64,000 nt of DNA, taken from assembly GCF_004010195.1 (NCBI RefSeq), contig NC_057736.1:5853376-5917375 (forward strand), in the 5' to 3' direction. A model generated the notes under the pieces. It was given only the letters and a program-made list of their open reading frames with translations. It did no database searches and was not told the DNA's origin. Each line of letters opens with the position of its first letter. The first letter of the stretch is position 1. Position numbers and translations under genes: made by a program. This document shows, piece after piece, positions 37,657-50,504 of the stretch. This DNA is from Chiloscyllium plagiosum (lineage: Eukaryota).

Positions 37657-39123
37657 AGTAGAGTCATAGAGATGTACAGCATGGAAACAGACTCTTCGGT
37701 CCAACCTGTCCACACCGACCAGATATCCCAACCCAAACTAGTCCCACTTGCCAGCATCCGGCCCAGATCCCTCCAAACCCTTCCTATTCATGTACCCATC
37801 CAAATGCATCCTAAATGTTGCAATTGTACCTGCCTCCATCACTTCCTCTGGCAGCTCATTCCATACACGTACCACCCTCTACGTGAAAAGGTTGCCCCTT
37901 AGGTCTCTTTTATATCTTTCCCCTGTCACCCTAAACCTATGACCTCTAGTTCTGGACTCCCCATCCCAGGGAAAAGACTTTGTCTATTTATCCTACCCAT
38001 GCCCCTCATAATTTTGTAAACCTCGATAAGGTCACCCCTCAGCCTCCGACGCTCCAGGGAAAACAGCCCCAGCCTGTTCAACCTCTCCCTGTAGCTCAGA
38101 TCCTCCAAACCTGGCAACATCCTTGCAAATCTTTTCTGAACCCTTTCACAACATCTTTCCAATAGGAAGGAGACCAGAATTGCATGCAATATTCCAACAG
38201 TGGCCTAACCAATGTCCTGTACAGCTGCAACATGACCTCCCAACTCCTGTACTCAGTACTCTGACCAATAAAGGAATGCATTCCAAATGCCTTCTTCACT
38301 ATCCTATCTACCTGCGACTCCACTTTCAAGGAGCTATGAACCTGCACTCCAAGGCCTCTTTGTTCAGCAACACTCCCTAGGACCTCACCATTAAGTGTAT
38401 AGGTCCTGCTAAGATTTGCTTTCCCAAAATGCNNNNNNNNNNNNNNNNNNNNNNNNNNNNNNNNNNNNNNNNNNNNNNNNNNNNNNNNNNNNNNNNNNNN
38501 NNNNNNNNNNNNNNNNNNNNNNNNNNNNNNNNNNNNNNNNNNNNNNNNNNNNNNNNNNNNNNNNNNNNNNNNNNNNNNNNNNNNNNNNNNNNNNNNNNNN
38601 NNNNNNNNNNNNNNGCTCTGTCCTCATCAATCTTCTTTGTTACTTCTTCAAAAAACTTGATCAAATGTGTGAGACATGATTTCCCACGCACAAAGCCATG
38701 TTGACTATCCCTAATAAGTCCTTGCCTTTCCAAATTCTTGTACATCCTGTCCCTCAGGATTCCCTCCAACAACTTGCCCACCACCGAGGTCAGGCTCTCC
38801 GGTCTATAGTTTCCTGGCTTGTCTTCACCACCCTTCTTAAACCATGGCACCATGTTAGCCAACCTCCAGTCTTCTGGCGCCTCACCTGTGACTATTGATG
38901 ATACAAATATCTCAGCAAGAGGCCCAGTAATCACTTCTCTAGCTTCCCACAGAGTCCTCAGATACACCTGATCAGGTCCTGGGGATTTATCCACCTTTAA
39001 CCATTTCAAGACATCCAGCACTTCCTCCTCTATAATCTGGACATTTTGCAAGATGTCACCATCTATTTCCCTACAGTCTATATCTTCCATATCCTTTTCC
39101 ACAGCAAATACTGATGCAAAATA
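37657..39123 (-). mobile_element. Young CR1/HER1-type LINE with RT, spanning the assembly gap
   Basis: ORF KSPGPDQVY...PGNYRP.SLTSVVGKLLE...SQHGFVRGKSCLT; tail agagtcatagag. Confidence 0.95.
38433..38614. other. Assembly gap (182 N)
   Basis: Run of N inside a CR1 copy. Confidence 1.
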
Positions 39124-39559
39124 TAAAATACAGACAAAAAAAATTGCCTTAACTGTAACTCTATCAAAATGCCTAACAAAATAATAGATATATAAACTAC
39201 TAATTAACTGTTCTAATATAGTAACAGCCTATAAACACACCCTTGACAAAGGCAGATTGTCTCACATGCAATTCTAACAGCAGGAAGAGATTCCCAGCTT
39301 TTAGCTAGAGCAGAGAGAGGAATCAGAGCTTCCACAGGCAGCTGCAAGACCCCAGCAAATGCAGAAAGCTAAAGCTAAATATTTTTGTTTTGTGGAAGCT
39401 TGCCCCCACCCATTCAGGCTGCTTCTGTTGTTACAACTTTTAAAAAAGGCCTTATAACATGTTTACCTCTTTGGCTTTGGAGCAAAAATGCTCATTGTCT
39501 CTTTTTTCAACAAAAGAACCAGGACAAAATACACATCTTAAAGTCATAGTATCATCATG

Positions 39560-40960
39560 TATGTAATTGCACAATATAGATGACATGTCAGAACATTGGG
39601 TAGAATATAAAAGAAGTAACAAATGACAAAAATATTAATGGAGGAATTGACGACCAAAGAAAGCTAGCTAGATATATAAAACAGGTAAGAGTTTCTGTAG
39701 ATATTTAAAAATTAAAAAGAGATGAAGTGAACCTTGGCCTAAGAAAGTGAACCTGGAAGTTAATAAGAGAAAACAAGTACCTGGTAGATAAATTGAGTAG
39801 GTATTTCTATTGTTCTTTGCTCTAGAAGATACCATGATCATCTTAGAAATAGCTGTAATTCTGGAAATAGAACAAAGAGAGGTACTATGTTGTGAAGAGG
39901 ATACAAGAAGGCTATAATGGGATGAAGATAGATTGTGTATGATAGGAAAAAAATCAGACAAATAGGGTATAATATGGGGAAAAATGAGAATGCTTTTTAT
40001 GGTGGAAAGAATCAACTAGATACATATTATTAAAATTACAAGAGATTGCAAAGCTTTTGGTGCTGGGTGTGCTAACGTGTGAATTGTAAAAGCAAAGTAT
40101 GCAAATACAGCAAGTAATCAGGAAGGCAAATAGAATGTTATTATGATGTGGAGGTGCCAGTGTTGGACTGGGGTGGACAAAGTTAGAAATCACACAGCAC
40201 CATGTTATAGTCCAACAGGTTTATTTCACAGGTATGCTCCACAACCACCTGATGAAGGAGCAGCGCTCCGAAAGCAAGTGCTCCCAAATAAACCTATTGG
40301 ACTATAACCTAGAGTTGTGTGGTTTTTAAGAAGGAGAAAGTGAGTTCTGCAGATGCTGGAGATCAGAGTTTTTAAGAATGTTATTATTTATTGTGAGGAG
40401 TTGAATACAAAAGCACAGAGGTTATATTTCCATCATACACTGTATTAGGGAGATTTCATCTGGCGTACTGTGTATAGTGTCAGTTACCTTATTTAAGGAA
40501 GGATGGAAATACATTGGAAGAGTTCAGGGACTTTTAACCACAGCAGTACTTGGAATGGCCTATTTGTCTTACGAGGGAAAGAAGGACAGTCTGTTCATTT
40601 GTGTTCACTGGGATTTAGAGAAGTAAGAGGTGAATTGTTTGAAACACACAAAATCCTGAGCAGCTTTGACAGAGTGGATATGAAAAGGATGTTTCTTCTT
40701 GCAGGAGAAGCTAAAATCTGGCGTCACTGTTTATAAGGAAGGAGTTGGCCATTTCAGAGCGAGATGAAGAGAAAACTTTTTTTCACAGAGGGTGATGAGT
40801 CTTTTGAAACCCTTTCTCAAAACAATGAAAGCAGAGTCCTTGAATATTTTAAAGGCAGAGAGATCCTAAATAAAGTCATAGGAGCTGAAAGTCTTTCTGG
40901 AGGAGATGGGAATGTGAACAGATCAGCCATGACTTAATTGACTGGGAGAACAGGCCAGGG
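39560..40960 (+). mobile_element. Old CR1-type LINE (continuation of 36040-36620)
   Basis: Decayed ORF2 and tail (gatcagccatgacttaattg). Confidence 0.72.
40143..40368. mobile_element. Fold-back element family B with hammerhead core, plus a nested 36-bp family A end
   Basis: cac-ctgatga-aggagc agc gctcc-gaaagc at 40246-40275; agaatgttatt duplicated around the insertion; family A stub 40333-40368 flanked by gtttttaagaa. Confidence 0.85.
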
Positions 40961-41040
40961 CCTAGTGACCTACCTGAACCATTGGGATGTTTTTATTATG
41001 TGTTTTTAACATGAAAATGAGCAGACTGGATAACTGGTAT

Positions 41041-41577
41041 AGAGTCACAGAGTCATAGAGATATACAGCACGGAAACAGACCCTTCGGTCCAACCCGTCC
41101 ATGCCGACCAGATATCCCAACCCAATCTCGTCCCACCTGCCTGCACCCAGCCCATATCCCTCTAAACCCTTCCTATTCATATACCCATCCAGATGCCTTT
41201 TAAATGTTGCAATTGTACCAGCCTCCACCACTTCCTCTGGCAGCTTATTCCATACATGCACTACCCTCTGCAGGAAAAAATTGCCCCCCCTCACGCAGGT
41301 CTCTTATATCTTTCCCTTCTCACTCTACACGTATGCCCTCTTGTTCTGGACTCTCCCACCCCAGATAGATTTTGTTTATTATCCTATCCATGCCCCTTAT
41401 GATTTTATTAACCTCTATAAGGTCACCTCTCAGCCCCCAATGCTCCAGGGAAAATAGCCCCAGCTTATTCAGCCCCTCCCTATACCCTGGCAACATCCTT
41501 GTAAATCTTTTCTGAATCCTTTCAAGTTTCACAATATCCTCCCGATAGGAAGATCAGAATTGCGCGCAATATTCCAA
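41041..41577 (-). mobile_element. CR1/HER1-type LINE 3' fragment
   Basis: agagtcacagagtcatagag tail; KLERIQKRFTRMLPG. Confidence 0.9.
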
Positions 41578-41749
41578 ATTTTTGGCTTGAGTTTTCCTTA
41601 ATTCTAACTGACCTTCCATCATTAATACAACTTGATGAACTTCTGCCCAATTCTCATCCGCCTGTATATGTGATGGTCTATTCATTTTTTTAAAAAAGAG
41701 AGTAACATTGTGGGATACTCTGAGAGGGAGCTGGAGTTGAACTTGCTCA

Positions 41750-42810
41750 CTAGGGGTCAGCAATCACTGCAACAGGAATCCACATAGTCCGCTGGAAGCC
41801 GCGGGGAACCAACAACAAACATTTCCAATGACAATTTACAGGCTCCTCGTTTTGTCTTAACAGAGAACAAAGATCGCAGGGCGAGTCGCTTTTGTTTTAT
41901 TAAATTAGGAACCGTAGCCAGCCGCGCGAAAACAAAAATCCCCTCCACCAAAACAAAAGCCAAGCGGAGAAACCCAGTGAAAGAAAGACTGATGAGGGCG
42001 GCGGTTGGGAAACAATGTAATTAGGGGCGAAGGATATAGACGGGATGAAAATGCAAATAAAATGTCAAACATAAAACAGAAGCGGATTCAAAATGTGGGG
42101 CTGGGAAATGAGACAAACTGGATGGGGCAACTTAAATGGTTTGGGTGTGAGTTGGACAGTGAATGTCTGAGTGACTGGGAGGGAGAATGAAATAGAGGAG
42201 CTGCTGAGGGGGGAATATAAAATCAGACACCCACCCCATGGAAAGAATTGATGATAATATTACTCCCACCACACCCAGAGCCACGTGGTTTGATCTTTTG
42301 ACTGCAGAACCTGTGTTCTGTGTTTGAACAAGCGGGTGCCCAGTTAAAAGGAGCAGGGAAAGGATATTATGCACAGCCCAGCGGCTGCAGACTGAACCTC
42401 TTGTCTTCATTCTGTTGGAGGAAGGGCTATGGACTCGCTCAATTTCAGCAACACCCGTGTTTAGATTTCCAGCATCACAGATCCGCTGTCGGAGAGAGAG
42501 AGAATGGACAGTAACATCTGAAGGTGTGGCAGACCGTAAGAGGCAAAGTCTAAACATCAGGACTATGAGAAGGAAATGAGAAGCGGACTAGAAAGGGACC
42601 CCTCCAGGTCTGCCTAGGGTCCCCCCCCCCCCCCCCCTCTCCTCCCCAGAATCTCTGACCTTGCCGTTGTGTGAATGGTGCACGGAGTATGCTGACCAGC
42701 AGCAGGAGGTGCTTGGTGTGAGTCAGTTTCAACTCAGCCTTTACCTCCTCCAGTGTTAAACCCATTCCAGGTTGATCCTTCCTGCTGCCACTGACTTCGA
42801 GCTCGGTACC
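41750..42810 (+). promoter_or_regulatory. CpG-enriched promoter/5' UTR of NKAIN1
   Basis: CpG clusters (ccgcgg, gccgcgcg, gggcggcgg) at 41780-42010 and a poly-C tract at ~42621-42637, upstream of the ATG. Confidence 0.55.
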
Positions 42811-42864
42811 ATGGGGAGATGCAATGGGCGCTGCACGTTAATCGTACTCTGCAGTTTACAGCTG
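42811..42864 (+). CDS. NKAIN1: Na+/K+-transporting ATPase interacting protein, coding exon 1
   Basis: accATGG Kozak; MGRCNGRCTLIVLCSLQL then gtaagt. NKAIN genes have this 54-nt first exon (human NKAIN1 MGKCSGRCTLVAFCCLQL). The family call is secure; the paralogue call rests on 18 aa. Exon 2 was not found in the window. Confidence 0.85.
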
Positions 42865-43989
42865 GTAAGTTGGGTTTAAAAAAGGATCTATTTTTGTACA
42901 GTGATTGTGTGGTTTTGGGAATAAACGCGGGTTGTTGTTGTCTGCTATTGTCCCCCAGGGAGGAATACAGTTAAACCCGTGGACATGAGATTCAAGCTGT
43001 GTCCACTTTGCTGTGTATTTGTGCTGAGGTTCAGGATCTCTTCTCGAAAAGGACCTGGATTATTTTCCAGTCTGTGAAAATCTCTTTTTATGATCAATAA
43101 TAGCGGTGAGAATAATTTGATATGGTCAATGTACCTATTTTTTAAAAAAAGTATGGTACTCCAGTTCTCAACGAAACCATTCCGTCTGTCAATTTCAAAG
43201 TGACAGGGACATGGCATTGTAGGATAATAGTTTTACACACTTACACACTTTACAATACGGTTCAGTGCTGCACAGGATAACGAGCTGCTTTATTTTTTTT
43301 AAGTCCATGCTACTCTGGTTACCTTACAGCAGTTGCCTGTTGGGTCTGCCGCGAGACTTGTCAGATTATTGAAGGCTTTATGAAATGTTTCCGTGACGAG
43401 GGGGTTAAGTCTGTGCTGTAAAGCGGGTGGCATTATTACAGTCTGGCACTGCCATTCATACTTCCGATCAACTGTGAATTTTGTGCGTTTGTGATGTTTG
43501 AAATGTGCAAGTACAGGAACCAATCTCTTGTCTCAAGATAGACCAGATTGGGGTAGGTGAGATGTAATCAATTATTCCTGTTGATGCGAAAATGTTGAGA
43601 CGGGTGGACGTGCAGCCCGAAATGGTTACAGGTTGTCAGACTGCACTTTTAAAATTCTGAATGTCTCCCTAATTAAAACTGGGAGGCAAATGTTTCATCA
43701 AGAAAACTCCACTGTGTTCAAAATGTGCTCTCTGTCTTCTCTCATTCACACACACAGTACTAATCACCAATTATAACAAATTAACAATGATTTAATCTTA
43801 ACTAATAGGGCAAGGGTATTACCGCATGTCGTCTTTATAATAATGAACCATTAGATCTTATTGGATTCACCAAGACATCTAGACCATGGCAAATCATTCA
43901 GGTACTGTCAAAAACTTTGGTCTCTGAGTCAGTGTCCCCATGACAAGGCTGTTTCAGCCTGGATAAGGGAGACCTACATAATACTCTGC

Positions 43990-44870
43990 ATTGAGATTAG
44001 TGCTATGGAAGAATGCTAGGTTCAATTCCCATTCTCTAGGGATGCTGATGAAGATACCTGTATTCATACAAGCAAGTCGCGTGTCTGGCCAGTTCCACGA
44101 TTGTGTGGAAGCAGCTCAGCATTTAAAGCTGAAAACTAAAGTCAAACCCTACAAGCCTTTGACCTAACCACTGTGATGTATGGCGTAGACTCAGGGATTT
44201 ACTATAGGCACCACTCAAAGCTCTGCAATTCTACCAAATGCACCATTATAAGAAAATGTGTTGAGATGGTGATATCACCAGCAATATGCTTGGGCACTTC
44301 TAGTGCAGTGGTAGTGTCGGTATTTCTGGGCTAGAAGAGCCAGATTCAAGTCCCACTTGCTTTAGACTGTGTCATGACCAGTCTGAAGAGATTGATTGAT
44401 TCAAAAATATCCAAAAGTGATATGGACTGTGGGCTCCTCAGCATGGAGATCTTCTTTCAGAAATATCACCATGAGTGGGCAGGCTATGCTTCCTGCCTAG
44501 CTGATTACAGAATTCTCCAGTGAAAAATGTTTGGACCTTTCTTTCTGGGCATACGATTTCAAGGTGGTCAGTACAAATAATATTGGATGGAACAACTGTG
44601 GCCGACCATTCTCCATCTTGGGGGAACACTGCAATCAACTGGAGGCAAGCACTGATATTTGGTTCAGCACATTTCGAGAGTCATTTTAGACCAAACCCTC
44701 AACATCTGAGGCAGCTAGATGAAGGTTAAATATCAGTGCCACAATTATACTGATGTTGCCCAGAAGTTGTGAACTACCAGGCAATGTCTGTGCCAATCTC
44801 ACAACAAACTCTTCAATCATGAGAGGATCCGCAAGATGATGCAATCGTTTCTAATCTAAAGCAATGAGGA
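43990..44870 (+). mobile_element. Probable degraded RTE-type LINE remnant with an inserted SINE head (~44300-44410)
   Basis: Peptides LKTKVKPYK and LTTVMYG resemble the RTE post-RT region. Confidence 0.35.
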
Positions 44871-45519
44871 ATCTACCAGTCTCTCTTTCATGGTGACAGA
44901 ATATGATTCCAATCAGGTGTTGGCTAGGATGAAGTTGGCTTTCTATTCCAAGAGTGCTTTTCCCAAAGACATGTCCTTAGCTCATTGTCTGCTGTTGCTT
45001 AGTTCTGGGCCTGTAATTATTTTCCTCCCTTTGGTAGGTTTTTGTCTGTGGTTTACCATTGCCTTTCACTCTTGGAGATAGACAACAAGTCTATCTCAGC
45101 CAGTGTGGGAATTGAACCCATGCCTTTGGTGATTGTGAATCTGAACCACACAATAGCCATCCAGCCAACTGAGCTGGCCAGCATCTCCTCCCTGCCTCGC
45201 CCGCTCCTTTTCTGTTTTTTAAGGTGGTTAAAAGTTTGGGAAATCTAGCTGGAATTTATTGTCGCTTGAGGTGAGTATTGATTTGACTACAAAATATTTT
45301 AAAAATGCAGCCAAGCTTGAGATGTGACTTCTATTTGGAGTTATTGCAGAAGCTTATATTCATCATGAACCAATTGCAGGAGATTCAGGCCAGATGCACT
45401 GTGTGATATTGCAGTGCTTGGACATGTGAAAGAACATTTGAGTTACAACTTGAGTACAAAAATGTCTGATTCAGAATAAGGGGAAAATTGAGTAAGGATT
45501 GATTTGAAAGCACTCTCAC

Positions 45520-45730
45520 TCATGCTGGAGAAACTCAGCAGATATGGCAACATCTGTAGAGAGAAAGAAAGATTCACTATCATGAGTCCAATATGATCTT
45601 TCAGTGGAGAATTCTAAAGAGGATTCATTCTAGTCTCAACATTAACTCTGTTTGTCTTTCAGCAGATGTTGATGGACCTGCTGTGTTTCTCTCACACTTT
45701 GTACTTCAAATCTCCAGCAGCCCCAATATC
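45520..45730. mobile_element. Decayed fold-back PLE family C element
   Basis: tgctggagaaactcagcag...catctg / cagatg...cctgctgtgtttctc inverted arms. Confidence 0.65.
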
Positions 45731-46109
45731 CTTTTTTTCTTTGTTCCTATTTTCCCCTCCTTCATAAATTCTGCTGCTCATGTGTAGATCCTTTTTAGCA
45801 ATGCTACATTCCTCCATCAGTGCTGACTTTCACAGGTTCCTCCATCATTCAGGTTATTTTGTTTTGGGTCTTGTTTATGGATCTGTCCATCAATTCTGAC
45901 CCCAATATCTACAGTCCTGGCTCCACTTCAAGTGTTGCTTCTCTTGAGACCAATCTGGAACTCTCCTACCAATTTGTGCTTTTGCTTTTTTGCTTTTTTG
46001 TCATTTTGTTTGTTGGACATGGATTCTGCAAGTTATAAACCAAGGTGGGGTGATAGAAGTTAGATACAGATCCACCATGAAGTACCTAAATGGTGGAACA
46101 GGTTTAAGA

Positions 46110-46430
46110 GATTAGATTAGATTAGATTACTTTACAGTGTGGAAACAGGCCCTTCGGCCCAACAAGTCCACACCGACCCGCCGAAGCGTAACCCACCCAT
46201 ACCCCTACATTTACCCCTTACCCAACTCTACGGGCAATTTAGCATGGCCAATTCACCTGACCTGCACATCTTTGGACTGTGGGAGGAAACCGGAGGACCC
46301 GGAGGAAACCCACGCAGACACGGGGAGAACGTGCAAACTCCACACAGTCAATCGCCTGAGGCGGGAATTGAACCCGGATCTCTGGCGCTGCGAGGCAGCA
46401 GTGCTAACCACTGTGCCACCGTGCCGCCCA
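46110..46430 (-). mobile_element. Full-length young HE1-like V-SINE
   Basis: gggcggcacggtggcacagtggttagc head, B box ggttcaattccc, V-domain, (taatc)n tail; CpGs retained. Confidence 0.95.
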
Positions 46431-47309
46431 CTGAATGAGGCTGAATGGCCTCCTGTGCATCCCTTTCCTTCATTGCATTGTTGTTGAATAGTGTCTTCAA
46501 TCAACCCCTATTGGAAATTCAAGAAGTTGCATTTGCAACAAAACATTTGAACAATGCAGAAGAGTTCTTGTGTAGAATGCTTGCCTTCCTCTGTCTCAGT
46601 CACTCATCCAGATAATCTGTATTATGACATGAATGCCCATCCATGTCTATTGAACAAAATGTTGAAATGTTTGAGAATGTTATAACATGTGATGTCTCCA
46701 ATGCTGTGTGGCTGAGGGAAGTGATGAAATAAAGCTGTTCCACAAATAGATTCTTCAATTACATAATAGTGGCTTTGTTGAACTATTTGCATGTGTGCAG
46801 GTATGCGTAAAATCTATTTTTAAGTAATTTGTCTTTGCACAGTGCCCATAGTGATTCTGTGCCAATGCATGTCTTTTTCCACATAAATGTAGAAGATCCA
46901 TTTGAAGTCTGCAAGTTGGTTCTTAAATTATCCACATTAAATATAATTTGAGAATTATAACTGAGCTCAGTCATCCAATTTGGAGGGGTCTTTGTGCATT
47001 GGGACATCAGTAAACCATTCCTTCCAACTTACTTGCCTGTCATCAAAGTTTCACAGTAAGGCTTTTACTCAATGTTTTTTTTGCTGTATTTTAGTTGTGA
47101 GCTTTGCCTGTTTGCTTGTTTATGGTTGGTTTGGCTTTCCCTGACTGACTTCAGGAGCTCTTGGATCTAAGTCCAGTCCAGCATATAGATGTGAAATCCT
47201 TAGGTGATTGATCAGTGCTGTAGTGTCAGATTGGCAAACTTAATAGATGTTGAATCAAAATAATGTTTAGGTCAACCTACAATTTAAAACAAAAAATCCC
47301 AATGATACA

Positions 47310-47530
47310 TTTTTAATAACTTCACAGAGCCTGGTATCCTTTCACCAAGTCACCTTTCATTTACATCTGCGCAGTACTTGACACTTGTCCGGCTTCCTCA
47401 GAGTGAGCAGAACCTCCAACACTGCTGTTTAAATCTGTCAGCCAGGGCTCCATGATTGGGCTGTTAACCTGGTCAAATGAGGGAGCTCATTCTGAGGTCC
47501 CACCTGGCTGACCTCATTACAATCACAAAA
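47310..47530 (-). mobile_element. Solo LTR-like repeat
   Basis: Homologous to 32590-32780 in the opposite orientation. Confidence 0.5.
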
Positions 47531-47544
47531 CATGTTTGTTTAGG

Positions 47545-48160
47545 AGTTGAGGAACAGAATTAAACCATTCAGTATCTCAAACCTACTCTGCCATTTTAAT
47601 GAGATCATGGCTGACCTATGGCCTAACTCCATATAAAATCTTTGGTCCATATCCCTTTTGCTTCACAAAACAATGATCTATCTCAGTTTTTAAATCTACC
47701 AACTGATCATCTGTCATTTATGGAAGAGAATTCCAAATATCTAACAACCCTTTGTGTATAAAAGTGCTTCCTAACATCTCTCCTGAACAATGTGGCACTA
47801 ATTCTCAGACTATGCCCCTGGTTCTGGAATCCCCAACCAGTGTAAAAAGTTTATCTTCATCCACTCTTTCTTTTTCTTTGAAGGCTTTAATCTGATCACC
47901 GCTTAACCTTCCAAATGCCAGAGAAAACTAGGGCTAATTTATGTCAGCTGTCCTCACAACTTCTGAAGTTCAGGCATCATTCTTGTAAACCTATATTGTA
48001 CTCCCTCCAAGACCAGTATATCCTATCTAATGTGTGGTTCATAGATGTGCTCACAGTACTCCAAAAATTTGAAGTTCTGCATAGCTGACACATAAAGTCT
48101 AAATCCTTATACTTAAGTGCTTTAGTTATATATGCCAATATTCCATTAGTTTTCTTGATT
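47545..48160 (-). mobile_element. Old CR1-type LINE 3' fragment
   Basis: gagatcatggctgacc...tgtaaacctatattgtactccctccaa. Confidence 0.75.
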
Positions 48161-49094
48161 ACATGAGGCGAGGGATGAAGTAGACAATTTGCTTATTTAT
48201 CTCTTCGCTGTTTTGTGGAATCTTGTGTGAAAAGTAACAAGTGACTGCACTTTAATAAGTAATTCATTTTGGCTGTAAAATCTGGCTCGTACTGCAACCT
48301 CAGAATGTAGAACTTTCTGAACCATAATGATATTTTCTTTGGCAGAAAAATCAAGTGAAACACAGAAAAATATAATCCTGCCTTTTCTTTTCTTTTGATT
48401 TCTTTTCTGCAGGAGGATTCTTCATGCCTCCAGCAAGATTAATTTTTTTGTTAGACTTTGACTTCATTTTTGTAATCGCATAAAGAAACTAGCATTCACT
48501 ATATCCATATGTAACAGTCATTTGAAGCATATCCTCCAACTTCGTACATCAAGTGTTTCTGATGTTGTAAAATATTATGTATCTTGTCATGTCTTTAGAG
48601 ACTTAAACTGATGGGTCCAATTAAGAATACTTGAATAGATTCAGAAAGATTGGAAGTTGTTGTAAATTAGCGTCGTGGTTGTAACCATCAAGGTTGGACA
48701 ATGTTAGGGTGGGGAAATTCTGTGTACTCTTTTCACATATCTCTATTCATCTCTTCCATCCCCATTACATCAGGAAAATGTAATTTAAAAATATGAGCAG
48801 GGCAATGGGATTAGAGTAATTTGTTCTGCTGTGGAGAAACCACTGTTGTGAACCGCCTTCTCTTAATCAAGTCTTTATAGGTTCTGAAATTCAACACCCA
48901 GAATGTAAAACGTGTGATAATGATTTGGCTGTTTGTTTATACTCACCAAGTGACTGTGTCCATTCATTGCTTCACTCTAATCTGTTTCTATGCATGTGTT
49001 GAAGATATTGTTTACCATCTGTGACGCTCTAAGGCGAGGTCATTGACTACATTTTGGACTACTTGGCTTTTTGAGCCCTGGTCCATCATTCAGT

Positions 49095-49510
49095 AGTAGA
49101 CAGTAGGTGCAGGAGTAGGCCATTCTGCCCTTCGAGCCAGCACCACCATTCATTATAATCATGGCTGATCATCCTCAATCAGTATCCTGTTCCTGCCTTA
49201 TCCCCATAACCCTTGATTCCACTATCCTTAGGGTGAGAGGAGAAAGATATAAAAGAGACCTAAGGGGCAACCTTTTCACACAGAGATGGTACGTGTATGG
49301 AATGAGCTGCCAGAGGATTTGGTGGAGGCTGGTACAATGGCAACATTTAATCAGCATTTGGATGGGTATATGAATAGGAAGGGTTTGGAGGGATATGGGT
49401 CGAGTGCTGGCAGGTGTGACGAGATTGGGTTGGGATATTTGGTCGGCATGGATGTGTTGGACCGAAGGGTCTGTTTCCATGCTGTACATCTCTATGACTC
49501 TCTGACTCTA
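49095..49510. mobile_element. Two CR1 3' ends joined in opposite orientation (49095-49228 minus; 49229-49510 plus)
   Basis: ggagtaggccattctgccc tail on the left, tctatgactctctgactct tail on the right. Confidence 0.8.
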
Positions 49511-49725
49511 CTGTTGAATAGGAAAATGAATCTAATTTCTTCTTTCTTTTGTTGTATTTTAACTATAGTGTATGAATAAAGCATATTTTGCTTCAAATCT
49601 GGAAGTTTGACCAATTAAATTGCATCCAGAATGCAACGCCTGGCTCTTGCCTTTGAAATAAGAAAATGTTAGGGTCTAGGCTATACTCTTAATATGTATT
49701 GAGGGGGTTTGGTCTGGTCCATAAC
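49511..49725 (+). mobile_element. Partial LTR of the same Gypsy family as 36622-39557
   Basis: aataaa...gttagggtctagg...gagggggtttggtctggtccataaca matches the reverse complement of 36622-36690. Confidence 0.7.
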
Positions 49726-50300
49726 AGGAGATGTATTTTGATGTAGGGGGTAGGGTCATCTATAATTGTGTGATAGCCAATTTCTAGATGAGCAAACTGA
49801 AATCTTTTTCAACACATGAAGGCTCAGACAGATTATGCTCACAAAGCCAATTATTATCTGTGAATCCTCTGACCTGCAGGACCTTTTGATATGCATTTTC
49901 AGGCTTGACACTATCTCTACTCAACGGCTGCCAAAAGTTAGCTTCTTGACACTGTCTTCAATTTGTTTTTTATATGCCTTTGACTTTCTAACTGAGTGTT
50001 ACCTTTAACCACACTTGGAACCTGATGTAGATTATAATGAGTGTAGAGTGAGAAGGTGAATCTCTTCAGAATTGCAACTGAGACTGATGAACAATGAACT
50101 ATGCATTTTTGATGTTGCTTTGTATTACATTGAAATCAGTAGTGTCTTGATTGGCACTTACAGGGGTGCAGATGCTAATAGACAGAGAGACCCATTGGCA
50201 TTCAATTAGCCAAAACAGGTTTGCTTTCTGTTGCTGCCATGGCAATACTTCAGAGTTAGATTTTTACATTAAATTGAAATAACAATACCTGAATATTTTA

Positions 50301-50504
50301 AGTTAAAAATCACACAACACCAGGTTATAGTCCAACAGGTTTAATTGGAAGCACACTAGCTTTCGGATGAAGGAGCATCACCTGATGAAGGAGCGTCGCT
50401 CCAAAAGCTAGTGTGCTTCCAATTAAACCTGTTGGACGATAACTTAGTGTTGTGTGATTTTTAACTTTGTACACCCCAGTCCAACACCGGCATCTCCAAA
50501 TCAT
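50301..50504. mobile_element. Fold-back element family B with hammerhead core
   Basis: ~65-bp near-perfect inverted arms; ctgatga-aggagc gtc gctcc-aaaagcta at 50382-50410; TSD tgaatattttaagtt at 50290-50304 and 50504-50518. Confidence 0.9.

Larger units (their letters stand above)
36622..39557 (-). mobile_element. Gypsy-type LTR retrotransposon remnant (two LTR ends plus RT remnant), interrupted by a CR1
   Basis: Minus-strand 37090-37530 reads LGRTNLITHDVDTG..P...HPY...CVNYHKVNAVTRSDSYP...FGMK (Gypsy RT). Related LTR termini at ~36622 and ~37557; the LTR resumes at 39124-39557. Confidence 0.78.

Noticed and set aside
38377-38704. ORFs spanning the N run
   Set aside because: Artefacts of the assembly gap within a CR1 RT.
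46340-46430. tRNA-like A/B box sequences (also ~18300, 34720, 57650)
   Set aside because: These are SINE heads continuing into a V-domain and LINE-derived tail, not tRNA genes.
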